Assembly (NCBI RefSeq): GCF_006345805.1
Contig: NC_043010.1
Span: 53,630,001-53,694,000 of the forward strand
Length of the DNA stretch: 64,000 nucleotides
Source of the DNA: Octopus sinensis
Taxonomy: Eukaryota
Direction of reading: 5' to 3'
Both the position numbers and the translations under genes were made by a program. Within the stretch, counting starts at the first letter, position 1, and every line of letters begins with the position of its first letter. Shown one piece after another: positions 1-12,596 of this stretch. Under the pieces are notes generated by a model. The model worked only from the letters and a program-made list of their open reading frames with translations. It made no database searches and was not told where the DNA came from.

Positions 1-31
1 AATGTATCTTAGAAAAGCTCTTGTACATTGA

Positions 32-88
<57 letters not shown>

Positions 89-227
89 ATAATATATATA
101 TATGTATGTATATATACATCTATATATGTATGTATATATATTAAATGAAAATGGAGAGATCAAACAGACATGTTAATTTATAAACGTAATATATTATCAT
201 TATAATATAAATTTAAATATTAATAAT

Positions 228-320
228 CCCGACAAATGTTTCGATTTACATCTAAACTAATAAAAAAATTCATAAGGATTCATATTTTGCAAATATTTTG
301 AGTAAAAATCTCACCAGAGC
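228..320 (-). ncRNA. Degenerate type-I hammerhead ribozyme motif with long stem II (Penelope-like terminal fragment)
   Basis: Minus strand reads CTGGTGA-GATTTTTAC...GTAAATC-GAAA-CATTTG-TC-GGG. The core has an A6G change and stem I is weak. A (TA)n tract starts about 90 nt downstream. Confidence 0.5.
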
Positions 321-1353
321 AAAGCAGGACACGAATTAGATATTAGCAGCTTGAAGTCTTAAAACAAACTGAACTAATCACTATATGTTTATGTATGTAA
401 GTGTGAGCGACAATATCTTTATTGATAAAAAATTGAAAATTGAAAATAAAATGTAATATAACTGTTATAAAATATGTATGTGTATATATAAGAATATTAT
501 ATTAAGGATAATTCCGCGCGTTAGTATTTCAACGCAGAAACAATTCGTTATGAAGCTATTATAAAACAGTAAATATTGACTTTTACTTCTATACCGTTGA
601 GAAAAAAATACACATCTTACATAAAAATCTCACTCAAAAAAATATCCTTCATCCTCAACACGCCGACACTAAATAATACTATACGTTATACAATAATCAT
701 TATTTATTTTTATCTATACTAGTTTGTATGTAGAATAATTAAATCAAAACTAATGTAGATATTACTATTTCTATTTTAAAGGAAATAAGCTATATTTATG
801 TTTTCATATTTATGTGTGTGTATGTATTCATACATTCGAGTAAAGTAGTAGAACCGCAAAATACGTATTATCATAATAGAAATTTACTAAGCATATTAAA
901 AAGGAAGCCCGTTATTTACAAGTTATAAACTAATGGCAAATGCGTTTATATAAATTCGATAAGCTTACTATATATTTATTTGTATATGTAATAAATCAAA
1001 TATTTAAAGTTTAAGTTAAATAAGCTCAAGATAGAATTATATAATCTTAAAATTATATTTAAAAAACATTTTTGAAAATAAAATAATATAATCATGAAGT
1101 TACAACTATTGTCCATCTACCAATAATTGTGTTCATATATCGATACTCATGAGAAATATATTACATTATATCATGTTCAAATATCAAGACCTATGAGAAA
1201 TTCCTTACTTTAAATAATTATATTATATAACATTATATTATATTATATAATAATACATTTATGTTAGCAATATATGAAATCATAGCAAATACCCTTATTA
1301 TATAATCCTTTAAATTTATGATAAAGCCATTACATCAAAAATGTTTATCACAT

Positions 1354-1535
1354 GCAATAAAAATCTCTGAACGAGATGTAAACAGTAACCGCTCGACAAC
1401 GTAAAGTATACTAGCCATTGGGGCTAAAAGCTACAGTAACACCCACCCTTAGTGGTTAGCCATATTGAAATGGCTAGTATGCTTTACGTTGTCGAGCGGT
1501 TACTGTTTACATCTCGTTCAAAGATTTATTATTGC
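1354..1535. repeat. Inverted repeat (66-bp arms, 49-bp spacer)
   Basis: 1354-1419 is the near-perfect reverse complement of 1469-1535. The spacer plus the start of the right arm recurs directly at 1772-1832. Confidence 0.9.
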
Positions 1536-1856
1536 TTGCAGACAGTTTTTCGAAATCAGTGACGGAAGTTACTAGAAAAACAATAAGTATTTGCAAACAG
1601 GTCTCCCTTCATCGTAAACCGGTGACTGCCGTACGCCGAAGACAGGCAAACACCTAGAAACTGCAGTCCGTGCGTATCACTTAGATTTACGAGAGAGGGA
1701 TGACCTCCCTTTGAAAATACCATAAGCGCACAGAAAGTGTGCCTGAAGCCAGCTGGAGACGATGATCTCCTGGGGCTAAAAGCTACAGTAACACCCACCA
1801 TTAGTGGTTAGCCATATTGAAATGGCTAGTATAATTTACGTTTATCAAATGATAAA

Positions 1857-2770
1857 AAATAAATGCGACCTTTTAAAGCCTAGCCAGGCTCATGGGCCCG
1901 GTTTCCCGGTTTCATCGCAGCGTTACTCATTTTGCCAGCTGAGTGGACACGAGCAACGTGAAATGAAGTGTTTTGCTCAAGAACACCACGCGTCGCCCGG
2001 TCCAGGAACCGAAAAACACAATCTTACGATCATGATGCTGACACGGAGAGAACCGATCAGGTAAAGGACATGGGTATCTTGGTGGATTCCTCCTTTTCGC
2101 CTTCGGCCCAGTGCGTCCATGCTGCCAACAAAGCACGCGGAATTCTGTTCTTGATTCGACGGTCATTCGGAATGCTCACAGCAGCCATATTCCTACCACT
2201 CTATGTCACGCTGGTGAGACCCATATTGGAGTATGGGATTCAGGCCTCTTCTCCTTATCTCCTCAAAGACATACAGCATCTCGAAAGAGTCCAGAAGCTG
2301 GCTACCCGCATGGTTCATGGTCTCAAAAATTTGTCCTACGAACAAAGGCTGAGGACGCTCGACCTTTATTCTCTTGAAAAACGCCGCCGCCGTGGTGATC
2401 TCATTCTCGCCCACAACATTATAAGCGGAAAGTGTAACCTCTCGAAAGAGCTGTTCTTCACTCCTGCTCCAGAGCGTCGGCTGCGGGGTCATTCCGAAAA
2501 GCTCTACCTGCGACGATTTCATCTCAATCGAAGGAGAGGAGCTTTCTCCGTCAGGGTTGCGTATCCGTGGAACAAGCTGCCAGACGAGATGGTGAAGATG
2601 CCGACGACCGTTTTGTTCAAAGCCTCCCTGGACCTCAAGTGGCCTGAACTCTTTACATGAACACCACCCTGTACCTAACTCCATGTCCCCCTACATGGCC
2701 TTGCTATTTGCTTTTGAGCCAAATTAACTAACTAACTAACTAACTAACTCTAACCACTAAGCCACGCCCC
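1857..2770 (-). mobile_element. tRNA-derived SINE (head type D) interrupted by a CR1 LINE fragment
   Basis: 1857-2044 plus 2750-2770 align co-linearly with the uninterrupted copy at 44243-44498, apart from a short internal deletion. Confidence 0.85.
2045..2749 (+). mobile_element. 5'-truncated CR1-clade LINE: C-terminal ORF2 (stop 2658-2660), 3' UTR and (TAAC)n tail
   Basis: Open frame KDMGILVDSSFSPSAQC..AANKARGIL..IRRSF..LYVTLVRPILEYG..SPYLLKDIQHLERVQKLATRMV.GLKNLSYEQRL..LEKRRRRGDLI is typical of the CR1/L2 ORF2 C-terminus. It ends in (TAAC)6. Confidence 0.9.
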
Positions 2771-2896
2771 TACACTTATCAGATGATGAAGGTGGGTAAT
2801 TATTACAAGAATCGTGTGTTTTCCTCATCAGTTACCATTTTAGACTTTCATCATATATCACAATATCATTTATTGTTTTACTTTATTAAACGATAA

Positions 2897-3032
2897 GTTT
2901 CAAAAAGAAACAAGAGATATAACACTTTTGAAATAATCATCAATTGTTATTCACACGAGAAAGTTAGAGCTCTAAGCGACGTGTCTGTCAAATAGACCAT
3001 CGTGTGGACTCATTAAGCAATCTCGATAGAAT
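2897..3032 (-). repeat. Dispersed repeat of unknown class (copy of 12961-13095)
   Basis: Reverse complement matches 12961-13095 (ATTCTATCGAGATTGCTTAA...TGAATAACAATTGATG). A 35-bp piece also occurs at about 12226-12262. Confidence 0.75.
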
Positions 3033-3037
3033 ATATA

Positions 3038-3411
3038 CAGGAATTATTTTAAAGCTTGGTACGTATTCTATCGACCTCTTTTGCCGAACCCTAACTTTCG
3101 GAGACGTAAATAGACCAGCTCCAGTTGTCGTAATGTGGTGAGAGACAACCATAGACACGCACGCACATACGCACACAGACACAAAAGACCATACATACAT
3201 ACATATATACATATGTCGGGCTTCTTTCAGTTTCCGTCTGAATAATATAATAATAAAGTTATGACTATTATTCATTAAATCCACTCTCAATGTGTTGGTC
3301 AGCCTGAAGCTACAGTAGGATACACTTGCTCAAGTTGCCACGCAGTGGGACTGAACCCGAAGCCATGTAGCTCGTAATCAAACTTCTTACCGCACAGCCA
3401 CACCCGCGCCT
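3038..3411 (-). mobile_element. tRNA-derived SINE, family A (3' end truncated)
   Basis: Head GGCGCGGGTGTGGCTGTGCGGTAAG...CGGGTTCAGTCCC has box A/B-like motifs. Internal (TA/CA)n; homologous to 50040-50434. Confidence 0.8.
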
Positions 3412-3595
3412 ATTATATAGAACACAGAATTTGATGAACGTAAACATACGAGGATTATCAGGAATTTACTCCATAAATCACATGTTCATATAGTTTAATG
3501 ATCTATTTGAAAAATGAGTAATTTGAATTAGTTGTCTCTGTTATTCTTTTCAACGCATGCGTATATGTATGTATAGGACATTTACTCTATAATCA

Positions 3596-3986
3596 TTTAC
3601 TCTTTTAATTGTTTCAGTCATTTGACTGTAGCCATGCTGGAGCACCACCTTTAGTCGAGCAAATCGACCCAAGGACTTATTCTTTGTAATCCGCGTACTT
3701 ATTGTATCGGTCTCTTTTGCCGAACCACTAAGTTACGGGGACGTAAACACACCAGCATCTGTTGTCAAGCGATGTTGAGGAGACAGACATATACACATAC
3801 ACATACATATATATACATATATACGATGAGCTTCTTTCAGTTTCCGTTTAACAAATCCACTCACAAGTCTTTGGCTGGCCCGAGGCTATGGTAGAAGACA
3901 CTTGCCCAAGGTGCCACGCAGTGGGACTGAACACGAACCATGTGGATGGTAAGCAAGCTACTTACCACACAGCCACCCCTACGCCT
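3596..3986 (-). mobile_element. tRNA-derived SINE, family A
   Basis: Full head-to-tail homology with the other family A copies, with tail ...GACTGAAACAA.TAAAAGAG. Confidence 0.85.
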
Positions 3987-4017
3987 ATGAAACCGTACAT
4001 GCAATATATAAATCAGA

Positions 4018-4250
4018 GGCGGCGAGCTGGCGGAAACATTAGCACGCCGGGCGAAATGCGTAGCCGTATTTCGTCTGCCGTTACGTTCTGAGTTCAAATT
4101 CCGCCGAGGTCGACTTTGCCTTTCATCCTTTCGGGGTCAATAAATTAAGTACCAGTTGCGCACTGGGGTCAATATAATAGACTTAATCCCTTTGTCTGTC
4201 CTTGTTTGTCCTCTCTGTGTTTAGCCCCATTGTGGGTAGTAAAGAAATAA
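4018..4250 (+). mobile_element. tRNA-derived SINE, family B, with 16-bp TSD
   Basis: GGCGGCGAGCTGGCGGAAACATTAGC...GAGTTCAAATTCC...GGGTAGTAAAGAAAT, flanked by AATATATAAATCAGAG at 4003-4018 and 4250-4265. Confidence 0.9.
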
Positions 4251-4753
4251 ATATATAAATCAGAGAGCTCAATGAAATCTTAGGCTCTGCCATAATATAC
4301 ATAACAGTGTGCATATATTTCCGGATACGTAGCATCATAGAGAAATTTATGAAAATATAGAAATACAGAAAATTATTGCATAACATGAAAGCCAACAACA
4401 AAAGCACTGAAACATTGGATAATGTTACCTACAAATATATGATATGGAATAATAACTCGTAGCATGCCTTGTAGTCTGTCATAAAAGTCAACGAATCGCA
4501 GCCTCGGCGAAGTATCGTCCTAATTACACTTTCTATGTTAAGTTTTCCTAGTCTACCTCTGAGCTGAAAACTTCATAGAAGATGACGTTAATTCTATCAT
4601 TCGTATTCTATCATTCGTATAAGAAATAATGATGTGTTGGTTTCCAACCGTAGCGCTTATGCTGTGTTATCAAAGTTATATGCTTATGTCAACTGAAAGA
4701 CAGCAAAAGAATGATGTGAATCACGTATATTAACGCATATAAACTTGGGAAAG

Positions 4754-4754
<1 letters not shown>

Positions 4755-4814
<60 letters not shown>
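4755..4814. repeat. (AAT)n microsatellite
   Basis: About 19 perfect units. Confidence 0.95.
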
Positions 4815-4818
<4 letters not shown>

Positions 4819-4929
4819 TACACTCAATGACACTTCCAAATATTTATATCGCTACGTGTATGTATCTATATTAGCGTGAGATCTCTTTGCAAAAGATAGA
4901 TTATTATGCACACACAAACACACACACAC

Positions 4930-4977
<48 letters not shown>

Positions 4978-4979
4978 AC

Positions 4980-5012
<33 letters not shown>

Positions 5013-5220
5013 AAGTTAATCCAAACATGAAAACACCAAGAGAGAACACAACAATGCGAGCGTGGAACAAATATAGTATTATTGGACGCTCAGGAAGGAA
5101 GGGAAGAAGGAGGGTTTTACCTTTCGAGCGGAGCTCTTCGTCAGAAACATAGGAAAAGGAAAGATCCAGAGAAGGGAAGACGGCGGAAAAAATCGCCAAC
5201 GGTACACACGCGGTCACACA
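5013..5220 (-). mobile_element. Short Penelope-like terminal fragment with minimal hammerhead motif (5114-5148)
   Basis: Minus strand GTTT-CTGACGA-A-GAGC-TCC-GCTC-GAAA-GG-TA-AAAC. Same repeat family as 17823-18026, 60722-60938 and 9798-10000; its 3' end abuts (TA)n. Confidence 0.7.
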
Positions 5221-5226
5221 CACACA

Positions 5227-5304
<78 letters not shown>

Positions 5305-5438
5305 ATGTATGTATAATTCATGTGTCATCTCTATGTATGTATGTATGTATGTATGTATGTATATATATATATATATATAAGATATTAGAGAGATAATTAA
5401 TATATTATTATTTATTAATTAAACATTTGACAAACATC

Positions 5439-5521
5439 CCTTACAGCTGTTTTAATTCAAGACCCTCAGAAAATTTACAAATAAAATTAAAACTTATTTA
5501 AAAGTCGAATTTCGTCAGAGG
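5439..5521 (-). ncRNA. Degenerate type-I hammerhead motif with long stem II
   Basis: Minus strand CCT-CTGACGA-AATTCGA...TTGAATT-AAAA-CAGCTG-TA-AGG. Stems I, II and palindromic III are present, but G12 is changed to A. Confidence 0.6.
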
Positions 5522-5790
5522 TAGTTTAAGATATAATATATACATAATACATGTTCAATTCCTAGATGTTGAGTAAACGTCTGCAAACCGTTAATATATA
5601 TGTATATTTTATGCGCATATATTCATATAGGTATATGTGTATTTATGTTTACTAGAGTGAGATATTTTTGTAAAAGTATGGATTTCGTTTATATACGTAT
5701 TATAGACACAGACACACACACACACACACACGCACATATATATGTATAAGTATATATATATATACGTGCGTATATATATATATATATATA

Positions 5791-5823
<33 letters not shown>

Positions 5824-5992
5824 CGTGTGTGTGTGTGTGTGTATGTGTATATATATACATATATAAACATATATATATATATATATATGTTTATACATGG
5901 TTGCACATACATATCGTATATGTTTCATTTTCTTTTGATATATATTAAATATTCTATATTACATTATAATATATAATATAGACACGCACACG

Positions 5993-6088
<96 letters not shown>

Positions 6089-7531
6089 TATATGAGTGTG
6101 TGTGTGTGTGTTTGTATGTGTGTGCGCGCGTAAAGTGTACCAATATTGCATATCGTGTATATAAATCATACACAATTGTACTGAAATTAATACTAAATTT
6201 ACCATAACCTTTTTCAAATTGATATAGGTGGTCTAAATTACATATATAGGTGAAGTATGATCTCTATAACTAGATACTGCTGAACATACACTAGACTACA
6301 GACGGTGCATTTGCACTATGTATGTACGCAAATCTCCTATCTAATCTCGTTTCAAATTATCTGTTGTGCACAGCAGTATCCAGTTGGAATTTGGTGCTCT
6401 TAGTGTTTTTATTCAATAGGCATGTCTTCATGCGAAGAAATAACACTGATAAAAGCATATCATTGTTAAATGTCAGTAAATAATTGAGAGACAGTACCCA
6501 GTAGTATGACGGTAGCGAGTAAGCACTTCAATAACTGTCTATACATATTAAAATTCCCTAAACAGATGAAAGAAGTTTAAAAACTGTAACTGAACAACAA
6601 AATATTCACTAATATCGAATTATGCTCTTCTCGTGGCGTTGCTACTTTATAATTCTCCGATTATTTAAAAATCTAGTCAATGCAAGGGATTATGCTTCGC
6701 ATAGTAATATCTCTGGTTATGTAGATAAGCAATATGGCTGAAAGAAATATAACACAGGGGGAAATCTTGAATACTAAATGCATTTTCGATAGAGTTACAC
6801 TTATGTAATACAGCGTGTTGAGAAAATTTCGCTTTATTTAGATTACCCATGCAGTTCGAAGACAAAACTCATTCATAGAGTGTTAAAAGGTACATGTGCA
6901 TCTGTTGTGTTTATATGATGCAATGGTTTAAAATTTTGGCACAAAACCAGCGATATTTGTGGAGGTGGGGGATGGGATTAGTTGATTATAATGACCCCAG
7001 TACTGAACGAAAAGAAAATTGATCTCGTAACTTTACAGAAGAATGGCTTCTAAGCGTTTTTATACTATACTATACAATACTATACTTTATTAAACTCCAA
7101 TGTAGTATACCATACTATAATAAGTATACCATACTATAATATTATATCATATGATATATATATATATGCAATGATGATGTTTTGGCTTCCTGATGAGGAA
7201 TGTTAAGCTTATGATCATAAGGTTGCAAATCGAATCGATGAATTGTAGCCTTGAACCAAACAACTTCATTTCCCGTTGTTTCCATCAATTCTTCTGCAAT
7301 GTATAGGAACATTGTTTCAGTGCAGCCTTCAGTACTTTCAGCTGCTATCTGTGCGTTGTACCACTGCTACAAGATTACAACTTCCTAGAAGATATCTATG
7401 TCTGAAGCAGGAGCATATAAGTTTGAAAAACAACCAGGAAAAGTATTGTACAAGTTAGCAATATATAAAGTATCGGAGCGTAACCAATTTATCAAGTTGT
7501 CAGCGTGAAAACTTCATAAGGGAAAAATTCA

Positions 7532-7575
<44 letters not shown>

Positions 7576-7588
7576 ATATATATATATC

Positions 7589-7620
<32 letters not shown>

Positions 7621-7622
7621 AT

Positions 7623-7655
<33 letters not shown>

Positions 7656-8444
7656 GCTTCTACACAATTAAGAAGAATTTTAATTTTAATTTTAAATACC
7701 CACTGTTACAGATATAAAAATTAAATATACAAATACTATTTTAATAATATAAAAAAAAATAATTGCAATGTCGGGCCATAATTAGGACGTTGTAGGATAA
7801 TATACTGTCGGTGAATTGCATATTTTCCTTACTTTACTATCAAGTTATATTTATTTTATTCTATTTTACTTTGTAAATTTTTTAAAAAGTTACCATTCGT
7901 ATCACTTGAATTTTTAAAAGAAAGTTATCACTTGAAATTTTGAAGTTCGTATTAGAACTATAGCACTTTTATTTGAAATTATCTTTTCGTAATTGCCTCC
8001 ATGTTTATTAACTTTTATTCGTGTATATTTTCCTTGCTATCCCATTTATTTGTATCTTTACTTTTATTTTTTTACTCGTATTTTATTTTTACTCGTATTT
8101 ACTTTTATTCGTATTCCTTTCATTTTTTTATTCACTTTTTTTTTATATATATTATTAAAATAGTATTTTTATATTTAATTTTAGTTGGAACACTATATAT
8201 AACTAACATAGTTTTGGTAAATTTCCGTATATTTTTGTGATTTTTATTCTTTACTTTATTCGTGTAACTGTTATTTCTGTAACTTTTTATCTTTATTTGA
8301 ATTTTTATCTGAATTATGGCTTGTACTGTGGAGTCCAGTGAAACTAAACATACCTAATTTAAACATACTTATTTTGCACATATTTATGGAAGTTAAAAAT
8401 TAAAATATAGTTTATTGTATTGAACGTTGATAAAGTTATATAAG

Positions 8445-8538
8445 GGCCTGATGATTGGGGTGGCATCTTGAGAGGGGTTCCAGGGAAACACGGAGTGGTT
8501 TAGGAACCCGAGTATTACCTCATGAAACAAGTGTTGCC
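8445..8538 (+). ncRNA. Type-I hammerhead-like motif with extended stem II
   Basis: GGC-CTGATGA-TTGGGGTGG...GGTTCC...GGAACC...TTACCTCAT-GAAA-CAAGTG-TT-GCC. Core boxes are intact, but the 10.1/11.1 pair is a U-U mismatch. Confidence 0.6.
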
Positions 8539-8815
8539 AAGTAATAAAACAGTAAGTATTTAAAATAAAAATAAAAATTCTTTTTAATTGGGTAGAAGTA
8601 GGGGTATACTATCTCTAAATTAAAATATATTTCTTCATTGAGAATAATTTGAACCTCTGTGATGCCGGAATTGTTATTCTCTAGAAAATAATATATATAT
8701 ATATGTATATAATTATACATATACATGTGTATATATATATTTATGTTTATCTATCTATGTATCTATCTATCTATTTATCAATACATACACACATATGTAT
8801 GTATATACATATATG

Positions 8816-8975
8816 CGAGGCACTGCTGAAAGTTCCTGGGTTTTGGGGTATCATGAGAGGACTTTTACAGGGCTTAGAAAATCTAGATGACCGGTGAAAG
8901 AAATATGTAAATCTGAGAGGAAAATATGTTGAATAAAATCATAATTTTTACGCATGTATTTGTTTTTACCCATAA
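8816..8975 (+). mobile_element. Internally deleted mariner relic
   Basis: Starts with TIR-like CGAGGCACTGCTGAAAGTTCC, followed by GLENLDDR*KKYVNLRGKYVE*, which matches the mariner transposase C-terminus. Confidence 0.6.
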
Positions 8976-9137
8976 TAGAAACGAACACCATACCTTCTTG
9001 CGACGAGCATCAAAAGTTGTTAAGATATTAAGACATTTTTCTTAACATGAAACTGAGGGTTTCCGTAATACACAAATAAGGAAATTTTATCAGGCAATGT
9101 GGTGTTGAACACTCATTCTCATTGTTCGACAGTTACC

Positions 9138-9196
<59 letters not shown>

Positions 9197-9730
9197 ATAT
9201 ATATTATATATATATATATAAAGGGATGTCTACAAAAAGATGTCTCAGGCGACTAGGGAGATTTAAAGTCAAACCTACCATGATAAATACACAGTGTACC
9301 GAATGAGAAGGGATACAACTCTCGAGGTGAGCGCCTTAAATACAGATTCAGTCGCAAGTCATATGATTTCATTGTTAGTGTACATAATCCACTTTCTAAT
9401 CATCAGGAATAATTAGGAATTTTTCCCTTATGAGCTTTTCACGCTGACTACTTGATAATTTCTTATAAAGATTTTATCCTATTTAAAATTATATATATAT
9501 ATATATAGACACATATATATAAGTTCAGTAAAATTTAGATTCAGATGAATATGGTACATAAGTTGAAGGCACCACCAGCATTTAGTATGGTATTATCCAT
9601 ATAATTTAAAATAAGGTGATTATAATCAAAATAAGCAGCCATTACCTCTGGATATCCTTGTAGCTTATTTTGATTATATATATATATATATATATATATA
9701 TAGATATATATCTATAAACGGAGTAAATAA

Positions 9731-9797
<67 letters not shown>

Positions 9798-9799
<2 letters not shown>

Positions 9800-11340
9800 A
9801 TTTTAATCCAAACGGGAAAACAAAAAAACAAAAACAATGGAACAATTACAGTATTATTATTAATAGGCGCTCAGGAAATATGGAAGCAGGAAGGTATGAC
9901 GTTTCGAGCGGAGCTCTTCGTCGGAAACATAAAGAAGGAAGAGAGAGGAAATAAGATCCCAAAGCGGCAACAGGAGATGGAGAAAAAAACGACTGTGTTT
10001 ACGAGTTACACATGGTGAAAGGCGGAGTTACGATAACAAGAGCAAAGTAGGTTTTTAAAGCCAAAAGAGTGGAGACAGGGTTGGTAACGCAACAGATGTG
10101 TGTATGTGTGAGTTGTGCGTGTGCGTGTGTGTATGTGTGTGTGAGGCGAGATAAAAAACAAAAAAATATGTATGTGTTAGTGTGTGCGTCTGTGTGTAGG
10201 CGTGTGAGGTAGGGCGAGACAGTAGTAGGCATAGCAGACAGTGGTCAGTAGTAAGAAAATGAAGGAAGGAGGAAGGGAGGGAGGGGAAGGGGTGGGGCGT
10301 ATGTAGCGTGCCAGCGTGTGTGAGTAGTAGTGTGTGTGTGTGTCCAGTGTCGTGGTAGTATTAATGGCGAGTAGATTGAATGTGTGTAAGAGTAATGTAT
10401 ATATTTAAGCAATGTGTGTGTGTGAGTGGGGTGTATATGTGTGCGCGTGTGTGTAACAAAAAAGGGGGGGTTAAGGAAAAAGGACTCCAGCTGAGGGGAA
10501 GATGGAAGAGTGGTCCGCGGAGACGGGCGTGGGAAAACCCAACGACAAGCGACGGTCCCAGGAACGAGCCGAGGTCTCGTCGGGTCCAAGAGCGAGGTGC
10601 ATGCAGCGCGTATGCGTGCGCGAACCGGCGCAAGCGCGTGTGTGCGCGCGCCTGCGAGTATGCGCGTAAGTATGTATGTGTGTGGATGTGTGAGTGTGTC
10701 TGTGTGTATGTTGGGTGTCAGTGTGTCCGATGAATGTATGTGAGTATGTGTGTATATATGTGTGTGCATAGATGTATGTCCGTGTGTGTGTGTGTGTATG
10801 CGTATGAGTATGTATGTATGTACGTGTGGGTGTGTGGAAATGTGTGTATGTGCATGTGTGTGCGCGTACATACAGGTGTGTGAGTGAGTGTGTGTGTGTG
10901 TATGTATGTGTGAGTGTGTATGTATATGTGTGTAGGATGCATGTATGTGTATGGGTGTATGTATGTGTGTGTGTATGTATGTATGTGTACGTGCGTGTGT
11001 GTGTGTGTATGCGTGTAGGTGTGCGCGTGTGCATGCATGCATGCATGTGCGTATGTGTGTGTGTGTGCATGTGTGTGGGTATATATGTATGTGCGTATAT
11101 GTGTGTGTATGTGCGTACATGTGTGTGTGTGTATGCATGTGTGTGTATGTAGGTGTGTAGGCGTGTGTGTATAGGTGTATGTATGTAAGTATGTATGGGT
11201 GTGTCCGTGTATGTGTGTGTATGTATGTGTGTGTATGTAGGTGTGTGGGCGTGTGTATATAGGTGTATGTATGTATGTCTGGGTGTGTCCGTGCATGTTT
11301 ATACATAAAAGTGTATCGATACATAGGTGCTGCAAACATG
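9798..11340 (-). mobile_element. Penelope-like 3' region: hammerhead-bearing terminus (9893-9930) plus long degenerate (CA/TA)n tract with GC-rich insert
   Basis: Minus strand TTT-CCGACGA-A-GAGC-TCC-GCTC-GAAA-CG-TC. The terminus is homologous to 5013-5220. The upstream extent is inferred. Confidence 0.5.
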
Positions 11341-12099
11341 CGAACATTGGATAGACAAATTTATAGTTAAAACTCAGGAATATAACCCAGCTTTGAAACT
11401 TTTTCTTCCCTCACCAAATACAAGAAGCATATGTCGCTATGCGTCATCATCTTGAAGTAGGAGCTCAGTCTTTGGCCCGGTACTCTGTATGCTGAATTCA
11501 AATGTTGCAGACGTCAACATTGCTGTTCATCGATTCAGATTCGACTATATGAAGTGCCATTGAGAGAGAGGTTATTTGTACCGATTTCAGTACCCAAATT
11601 AAACATCACACATTGAAAAAAAATCATCATAATCCTTAATCGTTCTTCAATGAAGTGAAGCTCATGTTTGAATTTCCTTTTAATGTGTTAACAAATGCAT
11701 ACAATTATCTAGAAATATTGTTCTTTAAACTTAGAACATTCAAAACGTCAAAGAATGTTTCCAGTAAGTATAACAATTGTAAGTCATTATATAAACGGAA
11801 TTGTTTAATCTTTCGTCGATTTTACAAGTTCTTGTTTTTAAACAAAATTTCGTAAAAAACAGAGATACAGAGAGAAACTGCAGAGAAAGGTTAAGAGAGA
11901 GAAATAGAAAGAGCAGGAGAGGAAGATATTTAAATGTTTTCGCTGTGTGGGTGCGTTGCTATGTGTGTATGCATATATACATATGTATATCAATAAATAA
12001 ATATATATGCATAAATATAATGCATACACAATTATAGATTCATGTATACACACACATATACAGACACACGCACGCACACACATATACATATACATATAC

Positions 12100-12161
<62 letters not shown>

Positions 12162-12525
12162 TCAAGGCATATTTATACATATAAATGTGTATATTAATAT
12201 ATCCATATATGTATATATCCATATATGTGAATAACAATTGATGTTTATTTCAAGAAACTTATATATTTATATATATATACCATACACCTACTCACCAGAC
12301 ACACATGTATACAACATATACAAATATACATATATATAAAATGCATATGAGTGATAATATATATATATATATATATAAATATAAATATAAATGTATACAT
12401 CATAAATATATATAAATTCTATACTATATATAGATATATATATATATATACATGTATGCATAAATATATATATATACTTATATATAATATATATATATAT
12501 GTATGCATAAATATATATATATACT

Positions 12526-12561
<36 letters not shown>

Positions 12562-12596
12562 TACAGGTTTCATATAAGTAGATGGGTGTGCAAACA

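Noticed and set aside
1968-2044. Apparent N-terminus of the 230-aa ORF
   Set aside because: It derives from the antisense SINE fused to the truncated CR1, so this is not a real gene start.
7188-7260. CTGATGAG hammerhead-like start (also 2825 minus, 30163, 35323, 38223)
   Set aside because: No properly placed stem II/GAAA/UH. The contexts are a decayed SINE head, transposase or MITE.
9350-9410. Minus-strand CTGATGA...GAAA-TCATATGA
   Set aside because: Stem II closure, the UH triplet and stem I do not fit, so it is too degenerate to call.
10245-11347. Long His/Thr/Tyr- or Cys/Val-rich ORFs (364 aa and others)
   Set aside because: Translations of degenerate (CA/TG)n microsatellite that are open in several frames, with no domain signal.
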